Assembly: GCA_964579505.1 (NCBI GenBank)
Contig: CAZOGC010000015.1
Coordinates: 1,603-65,602 of the forward strand
Reading direction: 5' to 3'
From: an uncultured Flavobacteriaceae bacterium
Lineage (GTDB): Bacteria > Bacteroidota > Bacteroidia > Flavobacteriales > Flavobacteriaceae
Length of the DNA stretch: 64,000 bases
Shown here: positions 18,849 through 28,050 of the stretch, in pieces
Position numbering within the stretch: the stretch's first letter is position 1
Layout of the letters: each line of letters begins with the position of its first letter
Notes under the pieces: generated by a model
What the model was told of the DNA's origin: nothing
Seen by the model: the letters and a program-made list of their open reading frames with translations, nothing else
The model's database searches: none
Translations under genes and position numbers: made by a program

Positions 18849-18856
18849 CAAATATA
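18849..18856 (-). promoter_or_regulatory. Candidate -7 box (TATATTTG) for the tRNA-Lys/tRNA-Leu transcript
   Basis: CAAATATA on the plus strand, 17 nt upstream of the tRNA-Lys 5' end. Confidence 0.45.
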
Positions 18857-18942
18857 CTATCCTTTTGTAATCTATCAAGCATTTTTCATATAAATTTGAA
18901 AAAAATATTTTTAGTGCGAAAAAAATAAAATATACAAGTTTT

Positions 18943-19461
18943 ATGACGATTATTTTATGTGGTTATATGGGGTCTGGTAAGAGTTTGATAGGCAAAAAAA
19001 TAGCCCGAGAAACAGGGGTTTTATTTCAAGATTTAGATGAGGAAATTGAAAAAAAACAGCACCGTTCTATAGCCCAAATTTTTTCAGAAAAAGGAGAAAT
19101 ATATTTTAGAAAGGTAGAAATGCAGACCTTGGCTTCTTGTATACAAAATACTGAGCCTAAAGTTTTATCTTTAGGAGGCGGAACACCGTGTTATGGCCAA
19201 AATTTGAAAATGATAAAGGAGCACCCTGATACTTTTTTGGTATATCTTAAGATGAGTGTAGATGCACTTACAGAGAGATTGTTTTTAGAACGCGCTAAGC
19301 GACCGTTGCTTCGGGATATGAAAGATAAGGCCACTTTAAACGATTATATTCGTAAACATTTATTTGAACGTCAATTTTATTATATGCAAAGCGATTTGAG
19401 AGTAGATTGTTCTACAGCTACTCCAGCGGCTATTGTTCAACAAATTATAGCTGCATTATAA
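18943..19461 (+). CDS. aroK: Shikimate kinase
   Basis: P-loop GYMGSGKS, LGGG motif, 172 aa. Confidence 0.85.
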   Translation: MTIILCGYMGSGKSLIGKKIARETGVLFQDLDEEIEKKQHRSIAQIFSEKGEIYFRKVEMQTLASCIQNTEPKVLSLGGGTPCYGQNLKMIKEHPDTFLVYLKMSVDALTERLFLERAKRPLLRDMKDKATLNDYIRKHLFERQFYYMQSDLRVDCSTATPAAIVQQIIAAL

Positions 19462-19462
19462 T

Positions 19463-20167
19463 TTAATGCAATTGTTTTAAGGAGCTATTGGGAGCTATTT
19501 CATAAGCTTCTTTTTGTGGCTCAAAAATACGTGCAGATAAGTTTCCTTTGAGAATGATGTCTTGACTGGTTACCTCTAGCCAACTTCCTTCTCTAAGCCC
19601 CACTACAGCAGAAGCGTTGAGGTTTTGAAATTCTTTTATCCGTGTTTCTCGTGTTTCTCCTTGATGCTTAGATTGTGGGTCGGGGTCTAGGTAGTGTGCA
19701 TTGAGATGAAAAGGAACAATTCCTAAGGTTTTAAAACTAGGAGGATAGACGATGGGCATATCATTGGTGGTTTTCATGCTTAGTCCGCAAATAACACTTC
19801 CGGCGCTGGTTCCTAAGTACGGGGTACCCATTTTTAGGGTGTTTTGAAGAACTTCAATAAGATCGTATTCATACAATTTTGAGGTGAGAAGAAAGGTATT
19901 TCCGCCTCCGGTAAAAATAGCATCGGCCGTTTTGATAGCTGTTTTATAATTGTCTTTTTCGTGAAGCCCGGTTACTTTTTTTCCTAGAAAAGCTAGCCCT
20001 TCTTGTGCTTTTTTCGTGTATTCTTGATGGGAAATCCCACCGGGGCGGGCAAAAGGAATAAATAAGATTTCTTGTACGTTTTTATACAATTCGGTTAACG
20101 GTTCTTCTAAATAAGAAAGGTAAGGCTTTCCAAATACTTTAGACGTGCTGGCCATAATTACATGCAT
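19463..20167 (-). CDS. pepE: Dipeptidase E (peptidase S51)
   Basis: FTGGGNTFLL and the nucleophile region YLGTSAGSVI are typical of the S51 family. Confidence 0.8.
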   Translation of the reverse strand: MHVIMASTSKVFGKPYLSYLEEPLTELYKNVQEILFIPFARPGGISHQEYTKKAQEGLAFLGKKVTGLHEKDNYKTAIKTADAIFTGGGNTFLLTSKLYEYDLIEVLQNTLKMGTPYLGTSAGSVICGLSMKTTNDMPIVYPPSFKTLGIVPFHLNAHYLDPDPQSKHQGETRETRIKEFQNLNASAVVGLREGSWLEVTSQDIILKGNLSARIFEPQKEAYEIAPNSSLKQLH

Positions 20168-20713
20168 ACGGTATCTTTTTATTGCTAAATGAGTGTCAAA
20201 AATAAGGTTTGTTTAAACGATGACCTATTTATAGTTGACTAACTTTTGTACTCTTCGTAAATTATCAGTTGCTTGAAGCACTTTTTCTTTGAGTTTAGGG
20301 TTTAGTTTGAGTGTTGATTGAGGTAATCTTGTACTGTTTTATAGGTTGTTTTTTTGTGAGAGGTGCAACTTATTATGAGTAGAAATATAAAAGCTGTAGT
20401 AAATAATTTTTGGTATACATTACGGGGAGGGGAGAGCTTTGTTGGGTTAAATTAGAATAGAGAATAAACTCAATGACAGGATGTGTGGGTTATGAATATA
20501 TGATTTTCGAAAAAAATACTTTGTTTGACAAAGTTTATTCTAAAAAATATAGTTGTGATTTTTTTAGGGAAAAGCAATAATGGATAGGTAAGTTGCTTTA
20601 TATGTTTGTTTTATCATCAAGTGGTTACAGTTTATAAAGATATACTTCAAAAAACATTGTTATTTGTGTTCTGTTTTATGAGGTTTATTCGTATATTCAT
20701 AAAAAATTGCCGC

Positions 20714-21523
20714 ATGCGAAAGACGATTATTCTTTTATTGCTTTTTGGACTTTCTATTAGCGTTAGCGCGCAACAAGAAAGTAGGGTTGCTATACAAGGA
20801 AAAATAAAGGTAGATGAAGGAGAACAAGTTTCTGGCATTAATGTATTTAATGTAACTTCAAAACAATATACATTTACAGACTCTAAAGGAATGTTTACTA
20901 TTCCGGTAAAAAAAGGAGATACGTTAGCCTTTAGTAGTATACGATTTCAGCAGTTTTTGGTGGCGATTACAGCGAGTGTAATAAAAAATAAACGATTAAA
21001 CATTGATTTAAATACTAGATTGATTCAACTAGATGAAGTGGTGGTAAAACCTGACCTTACCGGAGATTTGCAAATAGATGCAGAAAAGCTTTCTACCAAC
21101 TTAAATTTACCTCATTTTAATTCGGATAAGATAATGCGCGGGCTCTATAATTATTCATCTGATTTATCGGAACCCCCAACGAATGATGCCCTAGATTTAG
21201 GGTATTTGCAAAACGGGATTAACTTCGTCAGTATTTTTGGTAGCTTATATGATTTAATTTTTTCTCATAAAGGCAATCAAACATCATCAGAAACGGCCCC
21301 TAAGAAAAAGCAAAAAGAAGTAAAAACGTATATTAGAGATATATATAATAATCAATTTTTTAAGAGTTATCTCAATATAGATGAAAATCAGATAAGCGAT
21401 TATCTTTACTACATGCAAGCTCATGGACTGACCAGTGAAAAGATGAGGAGCCTAAACCCGCTACAGTTGGTACAATTCTTAATTAAAGGAAGCGAAGAAT
21501 ACAGGGCGGCAAAGAATAAGTAA
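20714..21523 (+). CDS. Secreted protein with N-terminal carboxypeptidase-regulatory-like (CarbopepD_reg) domain
   Basis: Start set at ATG 20714 (MRKTIILLLLFGLSISVSAQQ). VAIQGKIKVDEGEQVSGINVFNV...GDTLAFSSIRFQ fits the CarbopepD_reg fold. The rest is unassigned. Confidence 0.55.
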   Translation: MRKTIILLLLFGLSISVSAQQESRVAIQGKIKVDEGEQVSGINVFNVTSKQYTFTDSKGMFTIPVKKGDTLAFSSIRFQQFLVAITASVIKNKRLNIDLNTRLIQLDEVVVKPDLTGDLQIDAEKLSTNLNLPHFNSDKIMRGLYNYSSDLSEPPTNDALDLGYLQNGINFVSIFGSLYDLIFSHKGNQTSSETAPKKKQKEVKTYIRDIYNNQFFKSYLNIDENQISDYLYYMQAHGLTSEKMRSLNPLQLVQFLIKGSEEYRAAKNK

Positions 21524-21581
21524 CCATTCGTTTTTTGGAGTATAAAACTTTTTAGCGCATGTTTTTTTTATCAATTAAAAA

Positions 21582-21616
21582 ATGACTAAATTTGTCATTA
21601 TAAAATGTGTCATTAT
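21582..21616 (+). promoter_or_regulatory. GTCAT/ATGAC repeat cluster at the Fic gene start (possible operator)
   Basis: TGTCATTAT occurs at 21593..21601 and 21608..21616, and the inverted half-site AATGAC at 21581..21586. The second direct copy overlaps the preferred ATG at 21615. Confidence 0.3.
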
Positions 21617-22688
21617 GGAAATATTACTCAACAAAGCGCGAAAATCAAAGAAACTGAGAGTATATGACCTAGCTAATCAAATAGGAATAGACAGTAGCTT
21701 AATGAGTAGAATACTATCAGGTAAAAGAAAAGCTACAGATGCCCAATTGGCAAAATTGTCGCAAATTTTATCAATAGATTATCTCGATCTTTTAAAAGAA
21801 AAATTAGGAAGTGAAGTTGCAGATTTGCTTTATCAATACCCTGAGGTAGCACAAGAGGCGCTTACAGTAGCCGAGGAAAGAATAACCTATTTATTGAGTG
21901 ATCAGAAACTACAAGTAGTGCCTTTGCAAGAAGAAGTTAGCACCGCTCTTAAAAAGATAGACGAAAAACACCAAAAATGGATTCATAAGAAACCGCTTGA
22001 TCCTATTCAATTACAAAAAATGCAAGAGTATTTCTATACAGAATACACCTTTGAGAGTAATCGTATAGAGGGCAATACTTTAGACTTGCAAGAAACACAC
22101 TTGGTTGTAAACGAAGGGATTACTATTGGAGGTAAGAGCATGCAAGAACATTTAGAAGCAATTAACCATAAAGAAGCCATAGAATGGGTTGTAGATTTTG
22201 CCTCTAAAAAGTTTGATTTTGATGAACATACGCTAAAACAAATTCATCAACTTATACTGAAAGGAATAAACCAAGCAGGGGCCGGGGTGTATAGAACAGT
22301 TCCGGTTCGTATTTCGGGAAGTAGGCATATACCGCCCGAACCCTATATGGTTACTAAAATGATGGAAGAGTATTTTATGTTTTATCATATCCACAAGCAT
22401 CAGTTGCATCCCGTTATTTTAGCGGCAGAAATGCATGAGCGTTTAGTGTCTATTCATCCATTTATTGATGGTAATGGGCGTACTTCTAGATTGGTAATGA
22501 ATCTAATTTTGTTGCGTAATGGTTATCCTATTGTTAACTTAAAAGGAAACCGAGATGATCGCCAACGCTATTACAAAGCGCTAGAGGCTGTTCAAATTAA
22601 TCATGAACGTAATGATTTTTACCGTTTAATAGTAACTCATGCCTTGGCTTCTTTGCAAGAACATCTGGCTTTGGCAGGTATACAATAA
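21615..22688 (+). CDS. Fic-domain protein (AMPylase family) with N-terminal XRE-type HTH domain
   Basis: Fic motif HPFIDGNGRTSR. Class II inhibitory-helix motif TFESNRIEGN ((S/T)xxxE(G/N)). N-terminal LLNKARKSKKLRVYDLANQIGIDSSLMSRILSGKR resembles an XRE HTH. An alternative start is at 21582. Confidence 0.8.
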   Translation: MEILLNKARKSKKLRVYDLANQIGIDSSLMSRILSGKRKATDAQLAKLSQILSIDYLDLLKEKLGSEVADLLYQYPEVAQEALTVAEERITYLLSDQKLQVVPLQEEVSTALKKIDEKHQKWIHKKPLDPIQLQKMQEYFYTEYTFESNRIEGNTLDLQETHLVVNEGITIGGKSMQEHLEAINHKEAIEWVVDFASKKFDFDEHTLKQIHQLILKGINQAGAGVYRTVPVRISGSRHIPPEPYMVTKMMEEYFMFYHIHKHQLHPVILAAEMHERLVSIHPFIDGNGRTSRLVMNLILLRNGYPIVNLKGNRDDRQRYYKALEAVQINHERNDFYRLIVTHALASLQEHLALAGIQ

Positions 22689-22698
22689 AATTTTATAC

Positions 22699-22740
22699 AG
22701 AGCCTAAAACATGTAGTAATGAGTTTTAGGCTCTTTCTAG
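22699..22740 (+). terminator. Intrinsic terminator after the Fic gene
   Basis: 12-bp perfect stem AGAGCCTAAAAC (22699..22710) / GTTTTAGGCTCT (22723..22734), followed by a T-rich tract. Confidence 0.7.
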
Positions 22741-22793
22741 TTTATGAAAGTACCAGCGGTTTATAATTACAAGCCTATTTTTATAATAGCTTA

Positions 22794-23381
22794 TTAAAAA
22801 TTTTTTAAAGCAGTATATACTTGGGCTATGGGCATACCCATAACATTGTAAAAAGAACCTTCAATTTTTTCTATTCCAATTTTACCAATCCATTCTTGAA
22901 TGCCGTAAGCACCTGCTTTGTCAAAGGGTTGAAAGGTATTAATATAATAATTGATTTCGTTTGTGGTTAATGACTTAAAAAACACGGTGGTTTTTCCGTA
23001 GACCGATACTGTTTTTTTTGTTGAGGTGAGGCAAGCTGCCGAAATAACTTGATGTTGATTTCCTGATAATTTACTCAACATCTCAAAAGCTTCTTCTTTA
23101 GATTTTGGCTTACCTAAAATTTGATGATCAAAACAAACTACGGTATCTCCGGTAATGAGAATATCTTGTGGTTGTAATTCATCAAGATAAGCTTTGGCTT
23201 TTAGTTGCGCTAAGTAGTTAGGAACCTCTCTAGCAGAAAGGGTAGGAGGAAAAGTTTCATCGATTGGTTTTAAACGCACTTCAAAATGTATTCCTAAATC
23301 TTTCAAAAATTGTTGACGTCTGGGAGATCCTGAAGCTACTATAACGTGCCGGTTTTTTAGTTTATCGGCTAATGATTTCAT
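22794..23381 (-). CDS. maf: Maf-like nucleoside triphosphate pyrophosphatase
   Basis: ASGSPRRQQFL and AGAYGIQE motifs. Confidence 0.85.
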   Translation of the reverse strand: MKSLADKLKNRHVIVASGSPRRQQFLKDLGIHFEVRLKPIDETFPPTLSAREVPNYLAQLKAKAYLDELQPQDILITGDTVVCFDHQILGKPKSKEEAFEMLSKLSGNQHQVISAACLTSTKKTVSVYGKTTVFFKSLTTNEINYYINTFQPFDKAGAYGIQEWIGKIGIEKIEGSFYNVMGMPIAQVYTALKNF

Positions 23382-24256
23382 AATAAGATAAATTGGTATA
23401 AGCCTAAGGATAAGATACTACAGAACATAATGAATTTAAGTACTGTATTTAATTGAGCGTACTCGTTGTCCTTTTTTGCAGAAACTATTTTTATGATGAG
23501 GTACAGCAAGGGACCTAAGATAAAAACAATGGCATATACTAGAGACAAGGTGTGTAAATAGAGGTAATTAAAAATATAGAAACCTATTCCAAAAATTGGT
23601 AAAAGACACAATACGGCAATTACTTTATTGGTACGTTCTTTCCCGAGAATGAGTGCGAGAGTATGGTGTTTTAGTTTGTGGGCTGTATCTATGTTTTCTT
23701 GTTGTGTAACCAACAGTCTAATAAAATTAAGTACAGCAATGAAAATAGAATAATCTAAGAGAATTGAGAAGAAGGTACCAGAAGTAGCTTTGTCTTGAAT
23801 AGAAAGTGCCGGCAGTAAATCAAAAAGCCCTACACTAAGTAAGCTTATACCTATTAACACACTAATTATTAACGGACTTAATAAAACATACTTCTTTAGA
23901 ATAGTTGCATTGGCATAAAGGGCTGCAGAGGTCAGTATAAAAAGAGTTGAGAACCCCGGGTGTCCTATAATGTTAGCCAGGTAAAAACCAATTCCCACCC
24001 CTATAATATTTACTATAAAAAAAAGTTTATAGGTCATTTTTGCAGAAATAGGTGGGGTGATTTTAGAAGTATGAAATACATTCATTATACTTCCTCCGGC
24101 ACCTAAACACACGGTAGCCAAAGAAAGAAGAGCGAGCCCAAACCAATTTAGTGTAATAGGAACATTAAAAGGCTCAAACAACGCGTATTTTACCAAAAAC
24201 TGCCCCAGTACGAGTGTTAGTAAATCAAATCCGCAAATCAGTTTTAAATATTTCAC
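23378..24256 (-). CDS. UbiA prenyltransferase-family membrane protein, divergent (Asp-rich motifs absent)
   Basis: Polytopic 292-aa ORF in the flavobacterial position between maf and kdsC, normally held by a UbiA-type prenyltransferase. No NxxxDxxxD or DxxxD motif occurs anywhere in the translation. Confidence 0.5.
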   Translation of the reverse strand: MKYLKLICGFDLLTLVLGQFLVKYALFEPFNVPITLNWFGLALLSLATVCLGAGGSIMNVFHTSKITPPISAKMTYKLFFIVNIIGVGIGFYLANIIGHPGFSTLFILTSAALYANATILKKYVLLSPLIISVLIGISLLSVGLFDLLPALSIQDKATSGTFFSILLDYSIFIAVLNFIRLLVTQQENIDTAHKLKHHTLALILGKERTNKVIAVLCLLPIFGIGFYIFNYLYLHTLSLVYAIVFILGPLLYLIIKIVSAKKDNEYAQLNTVLKFIMFCSILSLGLYQFILL

Positions 24257-24283
24257 TAAAAGAATGGTATAGGTTAAGGTATT

Positions 24284-24790
24284 TTAAACAGTCCATTTGT
24301 TTTGTATTTTCATAACCTGTTCAATTAAGTCGCGTACGCATCCTTGCCCTCCGTTACAATGAGAGATATAAGTAGCAAGCATTTTTACTTCTGGTACAGC
24401 GTCTTGTGGGCAGGAGGGTAGCCCCACTAACTTCATAGGATAAGTATCAGGAATATCATCTCCCATATAGGCCGTATGCTCCGGATTAATGTTGTGAATG
24501 TTGAAAAAATCTTGAAGTCGTTTTACTTTGTCGTCTATTCCCAGATAAACATCAGCTAGCCCGAGCCCTTTTAAACGATTGCGCACCCCTTCATTTTTTC
24601 CGCCCGAGATAATGCATACGTGATACCCGGCATCAACGGCTTTTTTTAAGGCATAACCATCGCGCGTGTTCATAGAGCGCAAGAGTTGACCGTCTGTTGA
24701 AACCAATAAGTTTCCGTTAGTTAAGACTCCGTCAACGTCAAAAATAAAGGTAGTGATTTGACGTAATATTTTTTTATAGCTTTGATTCAT
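24284..24790 (-). CDS. kdsC: KDO 8-phosphate phosphatase (HAD-IIIA)
   Basis: FDVDGVLTNG and GDDIPD HAD motifs, 168 aa. Confidence 0.85.
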   Translation of the reverse strand: MNQSYKKILRQITTFIFDVDGVLTNGNLLVSTDGQLLRSMNTRDGYALKKAVDAGYHVCIISGGKNEGVRNRLKGLGLADVYLGIDDKVKRLQDFFNIHNINPEHTAYMGDDIPDTYPMKLVGLPSCPQDAVPEVKMLATYISHCNGGQGCVRDLIEQVMKIQNKWTV

Positions 24791-25532
24791 TTTCTGCTTG
24801 AATGGATTGGGTGAGCAAGGTATAAATTTCTTTTAATTTAGGCGTGGTTAATTGTTGTAAATGGGCGGCTATAGTTTCACTATCGCTGCGTACAGCCGGT
24901 CCTGTTTGTACGTTTTTGGGTGAAGTGGTCTGCGCTTTTCGAGCCGTTTCTGTTATTAAAGCATATAAGGTTTCAAACGGAACATTGTTTTCTGTGCAAA
25001 TTTTTTCGGCTAAGGCATATAAATGATTGGTAAAATTGCACGCAAAAACAGCTGCCAGATGCAATTTTTTTCGCTGTTCTGTAGAAATCGAAAATATTTT
25101 GTGGCTGATGCTCTTTCCTAGTGTTCTTAATGTTTCTAAATCTTTAGAAGTGGTAGCTTCTATGCAGATAGGAATGTCTGAAAAATTTACAGAGGTTTGT
25201 TTAGAAAAAGTTTGTAGCGGATAAAAAACGCCATTGCGGTTAGAACTGTTTAGTAAAGGTACGCTTCCGGAAGTGTGAACAATAAGCCCGTTTGTAGGGT
25301 TTATTTGGGTGATTACGTTGCGCACTGCTGCATCTGATACGGCAACAATATAAATATCTGCCGACTTAAGGGCTGCTAGTGATGTAGTAGTAGCCACTTT
25401 TTTTTCAAAATGTTTTAGCGCCCCATTACTTCTGTTATAGACCTGAATAATATGAACGGTTTCTGTTTTTTGAAAGGCAGTAAACAAGTGTGAAGCTACA
25501 TTTCCGGCGCCAATTAGTACAATTTTTTGCAT
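24774..25532 (-). CDS. Rossmann-like DUF2520 domain protein
   Basis: N-terminal LIGAGNVASHL dinucleotide-binding motif. Conserved neighbour of kdsC. Overlaps kdsC by 17 nt. Confidence 0.65.
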   Translation of the reverse strand: MQKIVLIGAGNVASHLFTAFQKTETVHIIQVYNRSNGALKHFEKKVATTTSLAALKSADIYIVAVSDAAVRNVITQINPTNGLIVHTSGSVPLLNSSNRNGVFYPLQTFSKQTSVNFSDIPICIEATTSKDLETLRTLGKSISHKIFSISTEQRKKLHLAAVFACNFTNHLYALAEKICTENNVPFETLYALITETARKAQTTSPKNVQTGPAVRSDSETIAAHLQQLTTPKLKEIYTLLTQSIQAENESKL

Positions 25533-25777
25533 TTTACAAAGCTATCAATATTTACAAAATTTTATATAAAAGCAGGAAACTAGCCTGTGTTTACTGTATA
25601 TTTAGCTGATAATTAGATAACTATTTTCTTTTAATTAATAGATTTTGTGGTAGATAATAACACGGTCTATTTAAAAAAAGTGGTAGTTTAGATAAAATCA
25701 AAATTAACTAATTTTTTTTACGAAGGATTTCATAAATAGAAAAGTTGATTTAATATTGCCTTGTAAAATAAAGTGCC

Positions 25778-26071
25778 ATGAAACGTATTATAGTAGATTT
25801 TAAAAAGCTTACTCCGGAGATTATGGCTATGTTGGTAGATAAATACCCTGATGGCTACGGAGATGACGACATTATTACCTTTAAGAATGCCAAAAATGAA
25901 ACTGTTGAAGCGGTAGAATTACGTACAGAAGATTGTATGTATTTGGTAAAGGTCAGTACGCGATTACAAGATGTAATGGCTGATTTTGACGAAGATGACT
26001 ACAGTGAAGATGAATTTGATGAGCCATTGGTTGATTTGCCGGATCGTTCGTCTGATGACAATGATGATTAA
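25778..26071 (+). CDS. Small hypothetical protein with highly acidic C-terminal tail
   Basis: 97-aa ORF. The C-terminus DFDEDDYSEDEFDEPLVDLPDRSSDDNDD is strongly acidic. No family recognised. Confidence 0.5.
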   Translation: MKRIIVDFKKLTPEIMAMLVDKYPDGYGDDDIITFKNAKNETVEAVELRTEDCMYLVKVSTRLQDVMADFDEDDYSEDEFDEPLVDLPDRSSDDNDD

Positions 26072-26078
26072 AGTATCT

Positions 26079-26621
26079 TTATGAAACAGATTTTACTTTG
26101 TTTGCAAAGTACTTTCGAAGCTTTGCTAGTTTAGGGTCTATAACAATGCTGCAGTATGGAACTTGCGGGTTTTTGTTATAAAAATTTTGATGGATTTCTT
26201 CAGCCTCATAAAAAGGCGCAGAAGGTTTTATTTGTGTTACTATTTTTCCATCATATAAAGTGTTATTTAATTCTGTTATTACCGCCTCGGCGGTATTTTT
26301 TTGTGCTAAAGTGTGGTAAAAAATAACGCTTCTGTATTGAGGGCCAGCATCGTAACCTTGACGGTCTTTACTAGTGGGGTCGTGGGTAGCAAAAAAGATG
26401 TACAACAACTCTTTAAAACTAATTTTTTGTGGATTGTAGGTAAGTTGAACGGCTTCAACATGGCCGGTATCAAACGTGCATACCTCACGATAAGCAGGGT
26501 TTCTTATAACTCCGCCTGTAAATCCTGATTTTAGGGTTTCTACTCCTTCAACATTTCTAAAAACAGTGTCGGCGCACCAAAAGCAGCCATTGGCTAATGT
26601 GGCGATAGCTTTTGTCTTCAT
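26079..26621 (-). CDS. msrA: Peptide methionine (S)-sulfoxide reductase
   Basis: Active-site GCFWC motif and overall MsrA similarity. Confidence 0.9.
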   Translation of the reverse strand: MKTKAIATLANGCFWCADTVFRNVEGVETLKSGFTGGVIRNPAYREVCTFDTGHVEAVQLTYNPQKISFKELLYIFFATHDPTSKDRQGYDAGPQYRSVIFYHTLAQKNTAEAVITELNNTLYDGKIVTQIKPSAPFYEAEEIHQNFYNKNPQVPYCSIVIDPKLAKLRKYFANKVKSVS

Positions 26622-26738
26622 CAGCTTCTTTTTTCAAAGTTAGGAAAGCTAGTAAGGAAAAACCATTCTTTTATCAAGAACTTTTTATACCATTTTCAAA
26701 ATTAAACGTTCAGTATGTACTTTTCTATCAGAATAGTT

Positions 26739-26746
26739 TATTTTTG
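26739..26746 (+). promoter_or_regulatory. Candidate -7 box TATTTTTG for lolD
   Basis: TAnnTTTG, with 12 nt between the box and ATG 26759. Confidence 0.45.
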
Positions 26747-26758
26747 TCTGCTAGTGCT

Positions 26759-27433
26759 ATGATATATACCAAACATCTTCATAAATATTACGGTGATTTA
26801 CACGTGCTAAACGACGTGGAGTTGCACATTGCAGAAAAAGAAATTGTTTCTATTGTAGGGGCATCAGGTGCCGGCAAAACCACATTGCTCCACATTTTAG
26901 GTACTTTAGATCTACCCGCTAGTAAAAAAGAAAGCGAGTTGCGGTTAAGAGATACAGATATATATATGCTCTCTAAAAAAGAACTTGCTAAATTTAGAAA
27001 TAGGCATATTGGTTTTATCTTTCAGTTTCACCAATTATTGCCTGAGTTTACCGCCATAGAAAATGTTTGTTTACCGGCTTATATCAACGATGTTTCACAA
27101 AAAGATGCGGAAGCTAGAGCGAAAGAACTTTTATCTTTTTTAGGGTTGAGTCATCGAGAAAATCATAAGCCCAATGCTTTAAGTGGAGGAGAACAGCAGC
27201 GTGTAGCGGTGGCACGAGCGCTGATAAACAACCCGGAAATCATCTTAGCAGACGAACCATCAGGTAATCTAGACTCTGAATCAGCAGAAAATTTACACCA
27301 ATTGTTTTTTAAGTTGCGTGATGAATTTGGGCAGACCTTTGTTATTGTAACACACAATACAGAATTGGCCGATATGGCCGATAGAAAGCTCACTATGGTT
27401 GATGGGAAGATACACAAATCAGAAAGTCGCTAA
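26759..27433 (+). CDS. lolD: Lipoprotein-releasing ABC transporter ATP-binding protein
   Basis: Start set at ATG 26759 ([12 protein letters not shown]). Walker [10 protein letters not shown], signature LSGGEQQR, Walker [12 protein letters not shown]. Confidence 0.8.
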   Translation: MIYTKHLHKYYGDLHVLNDVELHIAEKEIVSIVGASGAGKTTLLHILGTLDLPASKKESELRLRDTDIYMLSKKELAKFRNRHIGFIFQFHQLLPEFTAIENVCLPAYINDVSQKDAEARAKELLSFLGLSHRENHKPNALSGGEQQRVAVARALINNPEIILADEPSGNLDSESAENLHQLFFKLRDEFGQTFVIVTHNTELADMADRKLTMVDGKIHKSESR

Positions 27434-27439
27434 AGAGCA

Positions 27440-27880
27440 ATGAAATATGCTTATTCAACAACAAGATTAGTTATAAAGCTTATTATAGCCCTTTTTTTTA
27501 TAGCAGAGGGATTTTCCTTATTACTAAAAGAAGAGCCTTCTGTAATTCAAAAAATAATAGGAGGAGCAATATTGATAGGCGGAATATATTATTTGTTTGT
27601 ATATGGCTATGAATCTACCCGAAAATATTGCGAGGTTACAGAAGAAAAAATAAAGTTATTCACCTTGGGTAAAGGGCAAAAAATTGACTGTTCTGCCATT
27701 CGTAAAATTGTTCGTAAAGGAACACTATACACTTTTTATACTCCTACGACTTGTATTGAAATCAGTTTGATACAAATGAAAAAAAGTCAACGATCCCAAT
27801 TTATCCAATTTTATGAAGAACAATGTAAAATCTTAGAAAATTCGCACCATGATGATGGGCGTAAATCTTCACGCTCATAA
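27440..27880 (+). CDS. Hypothetical membrane protein (two N-terminal TM helices)
   Basis: 146-aa ORF. Hydrophobic segments LVIKLIIALFFIAEGFSLLL and IIGGAILIGGIYYLFVYGY. No family recognised. Confidence 0.45.
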   Translation: MKYAYSTTRLVIKLIIALFFIAEGFSLLLKEEPSVIQKIIGGAILIGGIYYLFVYGYESTRKYCEVTEEKIKLFTLGKGQKIDCSAIRKIVRKGTLYTFYTPTTCIEISLIQMKKSQRSQFIQFYEEQCKILENSHHDDGRKSSRS

Positions 27881-28050
27881 AATAACTCGCAAAATCATTC
27901 ATAGTTGGTAAATTTTAAGGCAACTAAGACGCTGTTGTTGACTTATTGAGGCAATCTTCTAAAAAAGCCATTTTCATGAAAAAAATGCTTAACCCATAGG
28001 CGTTTTGTTGCATTATTTATAAATTGACGGCTAATCTACAATCCCGGTCT

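Noticed and set aside
18517-18882. 121-aa ORF on the minus strand
   Set aside because: It lies entirely over tRNA-Leu(GAG) and tRNA-Lys(UUU). The translation is simply the tRNA sequences read as protein.
20230-20340. Minus-strand open fragment ending ...KLKEKVLQATDNLRRVQKLVNYK*
   Set aside because: It spans only ~37 codons from stop to stop, has no start codon, and has no recognisable family. I mention it only as a possible remnant within the 546-bp spacer finding.
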